From NCBI GenBank assembly GCA_011109175.1, contig RDEW01000022.1:642273-706272 (forward strand): DNA of 64,000 nucleotides, read 5' to 3'. This DNA is from Dicyema japonicum. Lineage: Eukaryota > Animalia > Dicyemida. A program made the position numbers and the translations under genes. This document shows, piece by piece, positions 40,279 to 52,713 of the stretch (positions within the stretch are counted from its first letter, which is position 1; every line of letters starts with the position of its first letter). The notes under the pieces were generated by a model. The model saw only the letters and a list, made by a program, of their open reading frames with translations, was not told the DNA's origin and ran no database searches.

Positions 40279-40284
40279 CACGTG
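40279..40284. promoter_or_regulatory. E-box (AACACGTGC) 8 nt upstream of the RPA49 start codon
   Basis: Lone GC-containing motif in an A/T-only upstream tract; matches the Myc/Max-type element of animal ribosome-biogenesis genes. Confidence 0.55.
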
Positions 40285-40292
40285 CAATATTT

Positions 40293-41485
40293 ATGGAAAG
40301 TCAAAAACTATCATTAGACTATAAAAAAGATAGCTTTATACCACTAAGTAATAATAATTAACACATTAGTATCCCTAAATGGAATCAAGGGTTGTCTTAA
40401 TGATGATGTAAACTGGGAGGTTGATTGCCCAGAAGATTCTAAACGTCCAATCATATTGGTTACCCTCAAAACTAATACATTAGAAGGCAGAGTCTGACCC
40501 AGTCTCATTTGAAGCAAGCAGTGAGTCTGTCCAGTCAAACTACCTTAAAAAGTCAGTTTTTTGTTTTATTATAGATATTACATTGCCGTCATTGAAGGGA
40601 CACAGCTAAAGATCCATGATTCATGTCTGTTTTCTATGAAGATTTGTCAATCCTCTACAAAAGAACTGCTCTCATGCTCTAAAGACGATTTGGTGGAACA
40701 GTTTGGGAGTAAGAAACTCAAAAAAATGAACCAAAAAATAACTCAACAACTCCAAACCCATTCAGTCGTCGATGAGATGACTCTACTGTCCCATGTGATT
40801 GCTAAACCAGTCTCCGAATGTACCGAAATGATCCCCTGGAACAGACAAGCCACTTGTCCCTCAGAATTATACCCCATAAATTCAAGTTGTCCCATTTATA
40901 ATTACCAGTAATTCCCGCTCAAGATCTTTACAGTATTCATCAATCCATTACTTGGATACAGAATATGCAATCTGACTGGTCTTTTTCTGTTTTTAAAGTA
41001 GTCCCAAGACAATCGCACGTGCTTTAAAGAAGTCTTCTTTGGAATCAGTTTCTTCTGATTGGAAACGATCCTTGCAGTATTTGTTGCATTTAATGAGTCT
41101 CTACACTTCCTCAAACAAACAGATTAATGAGTTTGGTTTCTTCTATTCTGGTCCCCCCTCCAGGATAAATGAATTAATTTTGTCAGAATATGTGGTGGTG
41201 GACGAGACTGGTCGATATAGTATTCCCCAGAGACTTAAGACAAAACTGTTGTGTCATATTATTCTTCTGTCGTTGACTGCTCATGGATTTAACATGAAAG
41301 TAAAATATTTGGTGAAAGACCTTGGAATCAATATGGGAGTGCTAGTCACGTGTTGTAAGGGATTGGGGTGTTTGGTTGTTAAGAAGACAAAGAAAATGAA
41401 GGATAAAAGTAAAATTGTCCTTCCATTCCCACCTAAGTTTCCCGCTCCTTCCAAAGGCTTTAAAAGGAAGAATAAAAATTTTTAA
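40293..41485 (+). CDS. POLR1E: RNA polymerase I subunit RPA49, 5 introns of 22-25 nt
   Basis: DDLVEQFGSKK, IPWNRQATCPSELYPI, KLLCHIILLSL, LVKDLG and CKGLGC; clean spliced frame. Confidence 0.88.
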
Positions 41486-41820
41486 ATTTGTTTTTTTGAG
41501 ACGATTATAAATTTTATTTTTACGCTTAATCGTTAAAAAATATGGAAAATTAAAATTTGGATTATGTAGGGCTCATGTATGTTAACTCGAGTGAAAATAT
41601 TCTATAACTTTCTGGGTGATTCCGCGATTTTAAATATATATTGAAGGATGCCACTGTAAGACAGGGAATCGTAAGAAAGCCACAGCAAAGGTTGTGTGGA
41701 GAAGATTGCTATGCTGCATGACGTTGGTTATCCCGAAGAGTAATATATTGAAGGTTAGTAATACCAATAAGACACATATTAAAAATAGTAAATTTGTACG
41801 CAATAAGAGTTTATTAGAAA

Positions 41821-42550
41821 TCAAAGTCCTTCCGAAATAGCATCACTCACGGGAATTAAAGCACATTTCAATTCCAACGTTGTCCCCTCTACCACTTCAA
41901 CTTTGACAACAAATTCACTCCTTCCAAAGTCAGGAATTTTGATGGTATCACAAAAACTAATGTACTCATTGTTTATGAATATATTCTAGTTAACAAACTA
42001 GTATAACCTTAAGTCTAAGTGCGGACGAGACATGCCACGACTCCAAATTAAACGACATTTTCATGTTTACTGGAACTTCCAAACGGAATTTCTTCAGGAA
42101 ATCGATAATCTACAGTTTTACATGTTTCAGTCACTTTCCGTGTTTCCTTGGAAAGTAGAACATTTCGACTGGAGTCCGGCTGCAATATAAGAAAATAACA
42201 ACTAGTCTCCGGAGTTCCCAAAATTTGAGGTTCTCTGGGGAGGCGTATATCCCTAAGCCGGTGGATACAGGTAATCCCTGAAAAACTGTCTAGGAACAGT
42301 GACGACATCACCACGGTATCCATGTTCTTCCACATAGTTGGTCAAAATGCACTCAATTGGGGGCAAAGGCCTTAAGGAAGTGTCTTCTACCAACTCGTAG
42401 TGATCATAATCTTCTTTATATTCAATGTAAGCAGAATTTTTGGAAACTGGAATTGGAAACATTCGTTTGACGATGTGTGTTTTCTAGTATTATTTAAATG
42501 TATTATACAGCTGAATTTGTCATAAATATTTTAAAGGACAATGACAACAT
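41821..42550 (-). CDS. MRPL9: mitochondrial ribosomal protein bL9m, 4 introns, one frameshift
   Basis: YELVEDT, CILTNYVEEHGYRGDVVTVPR, YASPEN and IDFLKKFRLEV; one extra base is needed at ~42263. Confidence 0.9.
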
Positions 42551-42659
42551 CAAACAAACCGATCCTCCCTCTTTATTCAAATAATTTTATTTCTAAAAAA
42601 AATATATTTCGGATAATTATTATATAGTAAACTATTAACAGTTTTTTTATTAAGGATAT

Positions 42660-44025
42660 CAAAACTCCTTCCTTGTGAGAGTTGGAAAAACCTACTCAAA
42701 TTTGAAACAAACACAAGCACTCGTCAAGGAGACTCCCTTTTTCCACTACTATTCACAATATATTTGGAGGCCGCTATGAGGGAACTGAGACCATTATACC
42801 AAGGAAAATTAGAAGAAGTGATTTATGCTGATGATGTCGACCTAATCTCTGAAGACAATGAACTCCTGGAACATGTACTAGAAAAAGCATCAGATATGCT
42901 TGGGAAATGGTTTCTCCCCGTGAACAGAGAAAAACAGGACGGACAGAAATAAGACGAATGAATAACTCACTCGAAGAGAAATGGAGACACACAAAGAAAC
43001 TGGGCTCCCTATTAGGAGATGGTGAAGATATCATACGGAGAAAAACCATGCCAAACGCGGCATTACATAGGCTGAATAAACTATGGCTATAACCGAAAGG
43101 GAATGATAATGTTATACGTCACTTTTATCAAACCAATCCTCCTATACAACTCTGGGACCTGGGCAACCTCAAAAAAGGAATTGGAGAGGCTAGACTCGTT
43201 TCACGGAATCATTAAGAAACACAACTGAAATGTCCTGGCCATCCAAGGACTGTACAATAAGTGTGACTGTATACTAATAAGTCTCGAGATCATTAGCTCT
43301 CGTTGGAGACTTTTTGGACACGTCTTGAGGTTGGACCCGACATCCACCCGAGCATCGCTATGGAAGATTACTACTCCTTCCATGTAAAACGCTATCGTGA
43401 AAGACCGAGAACAACCCTCTCGGTCTATTTACAAAACGATCTGAATGCCTTAGAGAAATCCTTACTTGGTGATAGTGAGGACATGATGTATTGGAGAATA
43501 CAAGAAGTTGCAGAAGTTATGGATTTGACAAAAACTAATAAAAACAAACTTAAGAATAAGACTATACAACTCATATATAAAGCACGTCCTTATGTACGAC
43601 TCGGGTACATGGGGGTTCAAGAAAATCGATATTTTATCGAAAACAATTACGCAATTTAATGGGCCTAGGTTGTCCAAGAAGATTTCAAATAAGAAATTAT
43701 ACTCTGTGGCGGAATCGAGGCCAATAGGCATTATTGAATCAAGATGGAGACTGTTTGGGCACGTGCTTAGAATGGAGATAAACGCCCTTGCAAATATAAT
43801 AATGGACAATTACTTTAACAATGAGAACAAACCATCGTTCAGAGGAAGGCCTAGAGTCACCTTCCCTGTGGCTCTAAACAATCTTCTTAATGGAATTAGA
43901 AGAAAACTTAAATCTGTAGAAAACCTAGATGATCTACGGACAGATGCGCAAAGCAGAGGCCGATGGAGATGCTAGTAAAACAAATGTTAAAACGTGTAGC
44001 ACATACGGGACCTTAGTTAATACAG
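42660..44025 (+). mobile_element. two adjacent RTE LINE fragments
   Basis: RQGDSL, YADDV, KKLGSLLG, LYNSGTW and SRWRLFGHVLR twice; terminus acgggaccttagttaatac also at ~24543. Confidence 0.88.
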
Positions 44026-44169
44026 TTCAACCCAAATACAGAGAGTAAGATAATTTATCCATTTTTTCAATACTATTTTTAATTTTTTTAATTAAATAGC
44101 ATGTTAAAAATAAAAAAAGCCATTTTATTTATTAATTAAAAAGTAATCGCTAAATCATAATATTAAGCT

Positions 44170-44820
44170 CTTCATTGACCATAACCTAATACATTTTGAT
44201 CCCACCTCATTTCGCTCCATCGACAAAGCAGTGGACCATTTAAACCATGTAATCCTTCAAGCTGAAAAGTTGTTTGTACCACGTGCAGTTTACAAATCCT
44301 ACAAGCCTACTCTGGACTCGGAGACTCGTCTCCTCGTCAAACAAAGAAACTCCCTGAAGATGAATCATCTGCAAACCTCTTCTGATTTGGAAAATATAAA
44401 ATGCTTAAATCAGAGAATTACAAAGCTCATCAGAGAAAAGAAAGATAGAGCGTGAAAACGCCTATTATCATCTATTGGACATGTGAAATCCACGAGTCTT
44501 TTGTAGAAAACTATTCGTCGAATCAAGCTAAACTTATCAGATGAATCAGAATCTTCGATATCAAATTCATTCAAGATCAATTCCTTAATTGGCAAACTGG
44601 CACGTCTAACGAATCTACCCCCGATCTTCCCCCAATGCTTGACCACGCCGCAATCAAAAATAATGGCTCCGGCTTCATCCGTCTGTGTGGCCAAGAAACA
44701 AGTCGTTTCTTCCATTCAAGGCTAGAGGCCTCAAATACACGAAATTTGGGGAAAAAACCCACCTCTCTTCAAACTCTAATGAAGGATGATCGTCGTCTAT
44801 TCAGGAAAGCCGTGGGTATT
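44170..44820 (+). mobile_element. internally deleted copy of the LINE at 57150-60830
   Basis: Near-identical DHLNHVILQAEKLFVPRAVYK and MLDHAAIKNNGSGFI segments joined directly. Confidence 0.92.
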
Positions 44821-44879
44821 TATTATGTCCCTAGTTACTCGATTCCGGGCTTCTCAAGCAAATACGAAAACTTGTAGAA

Positions 44880-45090
44880 AATTTACCTTTAACAAAGTCT
44901 AATAATAATTTTCATAAATATCGTCGATACAAATTGCTTTATAGAGGATATTTGAATATTGAGAATTAAAAGAATTGTTAATTCCTATATCAAGAAGTTG
45001 AAGAATAGCTGTTGTATTTTTTGGAAGTTTGAAAAAAAGCAAGATTTGAATAATTTTGACAAATGTGACATCGAGCATTATCATGAAGAA
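44880..45090 (-). mobile_element. pogo/Tigger transposase fragment
   Basis: LPKNTTAILQLLDIGINNSF, matching the LPxNTTxxLQPLD motif. Confidence 0.75.
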
Positions 45091-45701
45091 TTAAAATTTG
45101 TCGATTCTTTAAACATTTCGTATAAATTTTTTGTAACCAATTGCTGAAGATATCACTCATCAATCAGCGATACAAATAAAAAACGGAACACTCATTTTCT
45201 CGATTTTTTTCTATGAATGATTAATTTTTTAACAAAAATAGAATTTTAAAAATACAAACTTAACTTCAGCTTTTTAAAAAATTAAAACGCCCTATATTTT
45301 TGTACGTAATTAAATCCAGTTTTTTTCCTAACAAAATAAAAAAAAGAACAAAAAAATTCTCTATTTTTACCAAAGTTTTTTAACCGATTTTTATTTTATT
45401 ACACGTGTTGTTTCTTGTTACATGGTTCTACAACTTACATACCAATAAAAATGAGAAATTATTGCTTATTATAAAGTTGGAAAGTCATATCGACAAATTC
45501 GAAATCTTACTGAAAGATCCCTCAGTGCTATCTCGAGAGTCATCGAAAACTTCACCATGAATGATTCCTTCGAGAAAAAAAAGGCTCAGGCGGAAGATTT
45601 TCCCTTAACTCTGATGATCTCGAAATAAATGAAAGTATATGAGATTACAAAAAATATTCAACAAAAAAAGTTTTTTATAATTATAATTTTAGAAAAGCAC
45701 A

Positions 45702-45850
45702 GTGGTTAGGTGTCGGGTAAAAGTTGCTTAGTTCACTGGTTCGATTCTCGCTGCTGTTCACCTGGTAGAAGGTTCCACGCATTTACGATGCGAAAAGGGC
45801 TTGACGAGTTACGCCGTCATCAGTGGAGATTCACTGCGGAACTGGATATT
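45702..45850 (+). mobile_element. 3'-truncated tRNA-derived SINE copy
   Basis: gtggttaggtgtcggg...ggttcgattctcgctgctgttcacctgg, the same head as the other copies. Confidence 0.88.
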
Positions 45851-45859
45851 CACTCAACA

Positions 45860-46040
45860 TCCGAAGGGATAATTGGATACGAATTGAATGCCCAAGTTTA
45901 CGAGATTTTTCGTAATCTCAGGTTGAAAGGTTTCCCAATCAATGGGCCAACCTTAAAGCTAATTGCACGTAAAGTTGCATATAGAAATTCAAATCAAGAT
46001 TTCGATGGCTTTACAGATTTAAGAAGCAATTCGAAATAAA
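45860..46040 (+). mobile_element. pogo-type CENP-B HTH fragment
   Basis: VYEIFRNLRLKGFPINGPTLKLIARKVA. Confidence 0.75.
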
Positions 46041-46399
46041 ATTCTTTCCCCAATTCGGGGTAGCACTGTAACTGTTTTTTACTGAAATTAAGTATATGTT
46101 CTGCACGAGAGAAACCCTAGGCATCTTACGTGCTTATGGCAACGCGGTAGTGCTTTAAAAAATTTTAGAAAAGAAAATATGATGAAGGCTACCTCTCATG
46201 TGGGTTTTCTCAGAACGGATCTATTTACTTCATACGACAGAATGTGTAATATGCCATCATATAATGCCTAACACATCCCTTGCTCCTGCCTACTATCTAT
46301 AAATTTATTGATGAAGCATCCATATTTAAAATATAAAGATATTTCCCTTTTTTCAAAACAAATTAATGCATCTCCAAGTGCAAGTTGGAAATGTCCAAA

Positions 46400-48156
46400 A
46401 TCGACCAGAGCATCTTATGAAGTATATAATTATTTTAATTAAACAGGCGAGTTATCTTGTAGCACGCTGTGGAGAGGCACATGCAAAAATCTTATAAAGC
46501 CATGTTCAAAAAAGATCATCGAGTGTATTTATGGCGAACAAATGAAAGTGGATCTTGTTTTTTTGTCAATTAATACTATTTCAAGGCGAATTCATAAACT
46601 TTCGGTTTCAATGATTCTAATGGTTTTTGCCATTCAAATTGATGAGTGAAATGGGATCCAGTTCTTTTGTGGAGGATTGACATGCAGAAGTAAGATGATT
46701 GTCACGTGGAAGGGTACAGCAACGTTTGTTTGAATTACGAACTTGTTGTGTTTCTTAAGAATCTAACTTTTCCAATTTACAAAAATTTGGAAAACAATCT
46801 TTGGTTACATATAGCGGCTTCTCTGACTGCGTGGCTATTCCCTCTCAGGATAGCGAGCCAGATTCGCTCAAGTAACCAGCAGCGCTCATGAGGGTCTCCT
46901 GATCGTACTACCTTTTCCAACGAATTAAATATCAAACTGTTTATATTGAACGACAAAGTAATGGCCTTAACACGGAAAGTTCAATTTTGTTGGATAAAAT
47001 TTGAGTTCAAAATCCATTCAAAGTTAAAGTAATACCAGCAAATCTAACATCAACTGAAAATGAACATCTTATTGACATCAAAATCAACGTCAAATCAGAT
47101 ATATAAAAATAAATCCCTTTTTTTAATTTTTAGAGAGCATACATTTCAAAATATCTTGATATCTCAGAAAAGGATACATAAACTATTGCCTCTTCCAACG
47201 AATTACTTATGCGAATGGGGTTTTTAATTTGTACAGTGCTTATAGCATAGAAAATTGTGCACTAAAGTTCTCAATTTTTTTAAGAAAAATAGTTTCATTT
47301 TTTAATTAATTCCGACTTTTATCTTATATATAGAGCTTCATTGAGTTTTTTATTATCATTAAATTCCTAATTACGGAACAAACAGAAATTTTTTATTTTT
47401 ACTGATCAATGAAAATCGTACATTTGAATTTTTACATTTTGTGTGTCCACAATGTGCGAAATATACGTGCCAAAAGCTTTTTTCATTGAATTAATGAGCT
47501 TCTCTGTTAAACTTTGTGGGATTTCCTCCCAAACTCTTAAAACCTCCATCTTCAAGTCATTTATGGTCCCATAATTGCTATTGCACGTTTCTCATTTTAC
47601 GTGACTCCACAAATTCTCGATGGGGTTTAAATCCGGAAACTGAGGGGACCGCTTGATTTGTTTAATTTGTTTTTCATTAAAAACCTCTTTTATGATCCTC
47701 GCTGTGTGGCTTGGTGCGTTATCCTGCTGAAAAACGTAGTCTCATAGACCCCTTTTTCAGCAGACTGAGGGAGATGATTTGTAAGAATGCTTATGTATCT
47801 TGCAGTATTCATATTACCCTCAATGGCTACCAAATGGCCCACACCGTAATAAGAGAAACACCCCCAGAACATGATTTTTCCTAAAATTGAAATTTCAGTA
47901 AGCTAACCTTTTCCAAACTTATGAGTTATATACTAAGCACTGTACATCTACAAAAACAAAATATATAAACTCAATGCTTTTCTGATATGAGGATAAGTTG
48001 TCAACAATAACTCATAATGTCACACAACTATGCTATGATAAAAAATTACCTCTGTTCACATTAAAATTGTTTTTGGTTATTACAATTATGAAATTGTTCC
48101 GCACACAAAATTAGCCCAAAAAGGTTTCGCGAGCACCTTAAGGTTGGGAACCACTG
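46400..48156 (+). mobile_element. hAT (Buster/Charlie) remnant, possibly ending at a right TIR
   Basis: EVR*LSRGRVQQRLFELR and PTNYLCEWGF; TIR-like AAGGTTGGGAACCACTG ends at 48156. The link between coding remnant and TIR is inferred. Confidence 0.65.
47400..47880 (-). mobile_element. Tc1 transposase C-terminal fragment
   Basis: MFWGCFSYYGVG, FQQDNAPSH and DLNPIENLW. Confidence 0.88.
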
Positions 48157-48528
48157 ATTTATAATAATAAATAAAATTTTTATTTAATAAAAATGTCTTT
48201 AGGAAAATGAATAACTCGTCATCTAGCGGTTCGGACGATATCTCCGTTCTCGAACTTAAGTACCTGAGTTGTTCCACGACGCTGGCAATAACACAAATTT
48301 TCAATCTCTCAATACACGAGAATAAGATTCCGTTAATATGGAAGAAATCACTGGCCGTTATTCATCAGTTCTTTGTCACTGGTGTTGGAAAAACTAGATC
48401 CTTTCTACCCTGGGAGCCAGACTGGATTCCCTTTATTTATTCATACATCACGTGGACTTGGTAACCTCAAGGATCCAAAAATTGGAATTATTTAGACTTT
48501 TACACATTCCCCATTATCTTCTCGCCCA

Positions 48529-48897
48529 TCATTTGAGCTTCAAATAAAAATTTGTTCTACCGAGTATCGAGTAAGTCTTCGCTGCATTGATTGTCTTTCT
48601 ATCACTATCGGCACAGAGCAAGATGAAAGTATTAAAAAACCTATGTCTCAGAATATTATTGAGATCGTCAAAAAATACGTCCACATCGTTACTGTGGAGA
48701 ACACTAATCGTTCCCCAGTCATGGTATACCTTATGTAACTCCGGCGGGACATCCTCGAGATAGCAATATCCCCTGACCATCCCCTCGGGCTTGACAACTA
48801 GCCTTGTTTCTTGCTTTTTCTCTCTTAAATAGTCAAGGTCTTCTGCGTTTTCAAAATTCAACCTGATATTTTTCAACTCCGATTTATTTACCTTCAA
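48529..48897 (-). CDS. unidentified ORF belonging to a repeated family
   Basis: 122-aa ORF; a ~40-nt piece (tcctcgagatagcaatatcccctgacc) recurs at ~52460-52492. Confidence 0.3.
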   Translation of the reverse strand: MKVNKSELKNIRLNFENAEDLDYLREKKQETRLVVKPEGMVRGYCYLEDVPPELHKVYHDWGTISVLHSNDVDVFFDDLNNILRHRFFNTFILLCADSDRKTINAAKTYSILGRTNFYLKLK

Positions 48898-49699
48898 CCA
48901 TCAAACTACCAAGATGATAATCAAAAAGACGTATATAAACTATAAACGTGGAAAGTTGGATTCTTACAGAAACGAGACCGACGCGTACTCAACGACATTT
49001 TTTGTGTTTCTTTCATCTTTTTTGATGCTGCTGTTGAGTTCTTTACAAACTGTCTAATTTTTGAAGACAAAAAATGAATTCCACGTGGTTTTATCGCTAA
49101 TCGAGGCTTCCACTTCCCTCCTGAAATTATTAATCTTCTCAAAGAACTCAGGAGGATCAAATCAATGAACTCTGGTGAAGGTAGAATCGAATATCTTTCT
49201 GATTGACGGCCAACCTTAAAATCCAAGACCAATGAATAGAATGACTTTATTTCTATCTAAATTCTTTAACTAGATCACATGTTTTTGGAAAACCCTAAGA
49301 AGATAAATTTCAGACAGATGCCCCTCAAATTGTCTCTCAAGTAAAAATTGTGTCTTATCCTTCCGTGACCAGACCAACTTATTAATGGGTCATGCGAAGA
49401 TAAACCACCTTCTTTCCCCAAAGGATTCCGCTATATGAGACCATACCGCATTCTCTAATTACGCAACTTTTTAACAACCCTCGAAACTCGAATACAAGAT
49501 GGCTTGATCTTTTTTTTGAAATAACAACAGCTCATTCCGTGCACCTCCCAGTAAATATGGTATTTCTCCAATTTAATGTATCGAGATGCAACTTGGCCAA
49601 GTTTCTGGCATCTGAAATATCTGATTGCAGAGTCTTGCTACCATTTTCTGGAAACCAACATGTAATCCAGATCTTATAATCATGGAATACCTTACGGAA

Positions 49700-50914
49700 C
49701 ATCCACTTATATACATTTTAATGTGTAAAAGAACGGAAGAAAGTTATAAAAAAGTTTTTTCGGAATAAAATCATTGGAGCCATCGTTATCACCGAGGACA
49801 ATTATGACTGATTTCGAAAAAGCAGCTATAAATGGATTTAATATTATATTTCCTGATGCTATTACGAAGGGCTGTTTTTTTCATTTGTCCCAATCCATAT
49901 TTAGATGCATCCAATCACAGGGATCAGAGAGAGAGACAGAATTCGCTTTGAAAATGCGCATGACTGCGGCGCTCGCATTTGTCCCAACATTACATGCTGT
50001 TCATTATTTTGAACATTTGTGTGATTGCAACAGTTTCCCAGAAGAAGCTCAACCTGTACTGGATTATGTATAAGATATTTGGATAGGACGTCCCGAACGC
50101 CGTCAAGTGGGTCCTTGTGCACGTTTTGCCCAAGGATTGTGGAATTTTTTTGAAGCAGCGAGAGTTGCTGGGCCTAAAATAAATAACTCTTGCGAAGGAT
50201 GGCATCATTCTTTTAATTCTTTAATTGGAGCGTGTCATCCTACGATTTGGAAGTTTATTGATGTTTTGAAGAAAGAACAAGCAAGAAATGAAATTAAAAT
50301 TGAACAGTATATTGCTGGTGGGGAAGGTCCTACACAAAAGAAAAAATACAGAGATAATGCTTTAAGAATTCAACGCATTGTAAATGACTTCGATAATCGC
50401 GAAATTCTTGACTATTTAAAAGGCATTGCCTATAATTTAGCATTTTAGAAATTAACACAAAGTTTTTGTTAATAATTGTCATAAACTTGTTTTCTAAAAA
50501 TTATATTATCATAAATATTCACTTAAAGTTTGACCTTAGGTTTTAATCAATAATCAGTAAGATAATCAATAATTTTTCTATCACTTTAACAAATACACAC
50601 ACGTGTGGTGCACATCGTTGATTAAAATTTAACACTATTTGGAGAATTGAAGTTTTCAAATTTCTTCTATCTTAGGGATCTGGCCACGTGACTCATATCG
50701 TCAAATTAATCTCCAAAATCACATTTTAATGATAATATAAAAAATCAAAATTTCTACCTCTTCTTTCAAGAACCCACGTGGTCGCTTGAATTAACCGGCG
50801 ATGAATTTACCAGCGATGAAATTACCTCGCGATGAATTACCAGCGATGAATTTACCGCGATGAATTTACCTCGCGATGTAATTACCAGCGATGAAATTAC
50901 CGGCGATGAAATTA
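49700..50914 (+). mobile_element. MULE (Mutator/Phantom-like) transposon, 3' half, with tandem subterminal repeats
   Basis: IMTDFEKAA, GCFFHLSQ, ALAFVP, NNSCEGWH and HPTIWKFI; repeat array at 50791-50914. Confidence 0.9.
50791..50914. repeat. about 8 tandem copies of a 14-16 bp unit TTACC(AG/GG/TCG/G)CGATGAA(A/T)
   Basis: Read directly from the sequence. Confidence 0.92.
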
Positions 50915-50916
50915 GA

Positions 50917-51078
50917 ACCGGGAAAAGGGTCATCTCGTCAGGTCTTTTTCCATCTCCTCGATCAAGACCCATTGGTTCAAGCTGTGATGTGAAGCTTGTA
51001 GCCTTTAGAGCTCTGACGATCACATCGTTCAGAGCAGCGTGACGTGGTCCTCTTCTGGCGCTTCTTCTACAGGACATC
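50917..51078 (-). mobile_element. CRE-like endonuclease fragment
   Basis: [13 protein letters not shown]...[14 protein letters not shown]. Confidence 0.8.
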
Positions 51079-51180
51079 AATTGATTTAGAAAAAGGCTTT
51101 GTAAAAAATCCAGATTTTACGATTATCCTTATTTGAGATAAACAAAGAAAAAAACTGTTTGTTAATCAAAAATACTAAGC

Positions 51181-52045
51181 CAAGCATGTCAAACACGAGG
51201 CTCTTTGAAAGCAAGTGTGCGTACAAAAGGATTTTGTTGTACAGTCGACGTCATTTGGGCGGACAGCGTCATTAAAATGAGACCACCAGAGAGCAAATCG
51301 ACAGGCCGCAGTTATGAGCGTTTATGTGGTCAGAGGACGTTCATACGCTTAAACTTTACGCAGGCGTTTACTTCCATGGGATGCACGTAGCTTACGTCCA
51401 TAACATAATTGTAGCAAATTTTAATAAAATAATAATATTGTGGAATCGTGTCCGTTATTATATTGTCTTTATAAAGCATTGGGCAAACTGATCCCATTTA
51501 GAATCAGTTAACAGTCCTGTACGTTCATGCGCTGGCACGAAGGAAGAACAACGGGCAAAGATGAGGTCTCTGTTAGAATGTATCGGGATCACGTGATAAT
51601 TAGTTTTGTTTTACCGTGGTCTTGGGTTAAATAAATAAAAAAAGAAGAAAAGGAAACTTGCAGACATTAGAAATGCAGTCTGATTCTACGCTCAGACCAA
51701 AATACCTCGAAGTGGGGACACCTGGCTTCTCTGATATCTTCCTTAAAAATTATCAAACTTCAGAAAGTTTCATGAAATTAACAACATCTTCTCAGAGAAA
51801 AAGACTGAAATTTGTAATCACTGATCAAGGTCGGAACTGCTCAAATATACGAAAATTGTCATAAAAAATGGACCTCACGACAAAACAAAGACTAAAGAGT
51901 GATTTGATGATCTTGAAAAAATGATTACAGTTGTTATATTTAGCTTTTGGGGCGTTAGTGTTGTAGTAGGCTTGCATCTATCACATTTCTTTTATACTCA
52001 AATAATCTTATGCGGCCCCTGGAGGTTTTTGAATTTGACTGCCTG
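51181..52045 (+). mobile_element. internally deleted hAT (SPIN/Charlie-like) element with both TIRs and an 8-bp TSD
   Basis: Left end CAAGCATGTCAAAC, right end TTTGACTGCCTG; flanks TACTAAGC (51173-51180) and TACTAAGG (52046-52053); residual EMQSDSTLRPKY. Confidence 0.78.
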
Positions 52046-52713
52046 TACTAAGGCTTCTGCACTAAACCATATTGCACTGTTAATTTCAGACATTTGGTTA
52101 AATTAGTAAAATTGGAAGCTATTTTCATGAGAATTATTCAAAAAGTTAAATCTAATGTAAAAAATTAAGATCATAGCTACTATTGTAGTAGATAAAATGT
52201 TGGTAATCTTTTCAAGGAGAGATATGCCAACAATTGCATACAATAGATCAAAACTCACTTTCTTGCCAAAAAACAACCAAATATTATATTTGGTAGTGGA
52301 AATAGCACCAAGCTACGATTTATTAAACTTGGTTTATAGAATGGTGAATTTTTATTAAATTTTAATTATTGATACCAACCGAAAAAATTGATAGTTATGT
52401 AGAATTGAATGAGGCAGAAAAAGCAAGGATCGACAATGCATAATTGATTAAAGTACCTCGGAACTTCCTCAAGATAGCAATATACCCTGACCTATCACGA
52501 TTAATTGATTAAAAAAATTAAAAATTATTTCCAAAGACCAAGGGTAAGGATTAATTGATTAAATAACGTTCAAATTAAATTAGTTTATAAAATAATAATT
52601 TTTGTATTATAATAAAATTTTAAATCATACTCTTGTTTGTTGGTTTCGTTGATGGGCCGTGTAAGTCTTAAGTCCTTTAATTAATCAACACAAAGTTATC
52701 TAAAATATAGAAT

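Noticed and set aside
45611-45630. Minimal hammerhead core CTGATGA-TCTC-GAAA
   Set aside because: No stem II and no flanking complementary arms; likely chance.
50791-50914. CRISPR-like array
   Set aside because: Units are contiguous with no unique spacers, the context is eukaryotic, and the array adjoins a MULE transposase.
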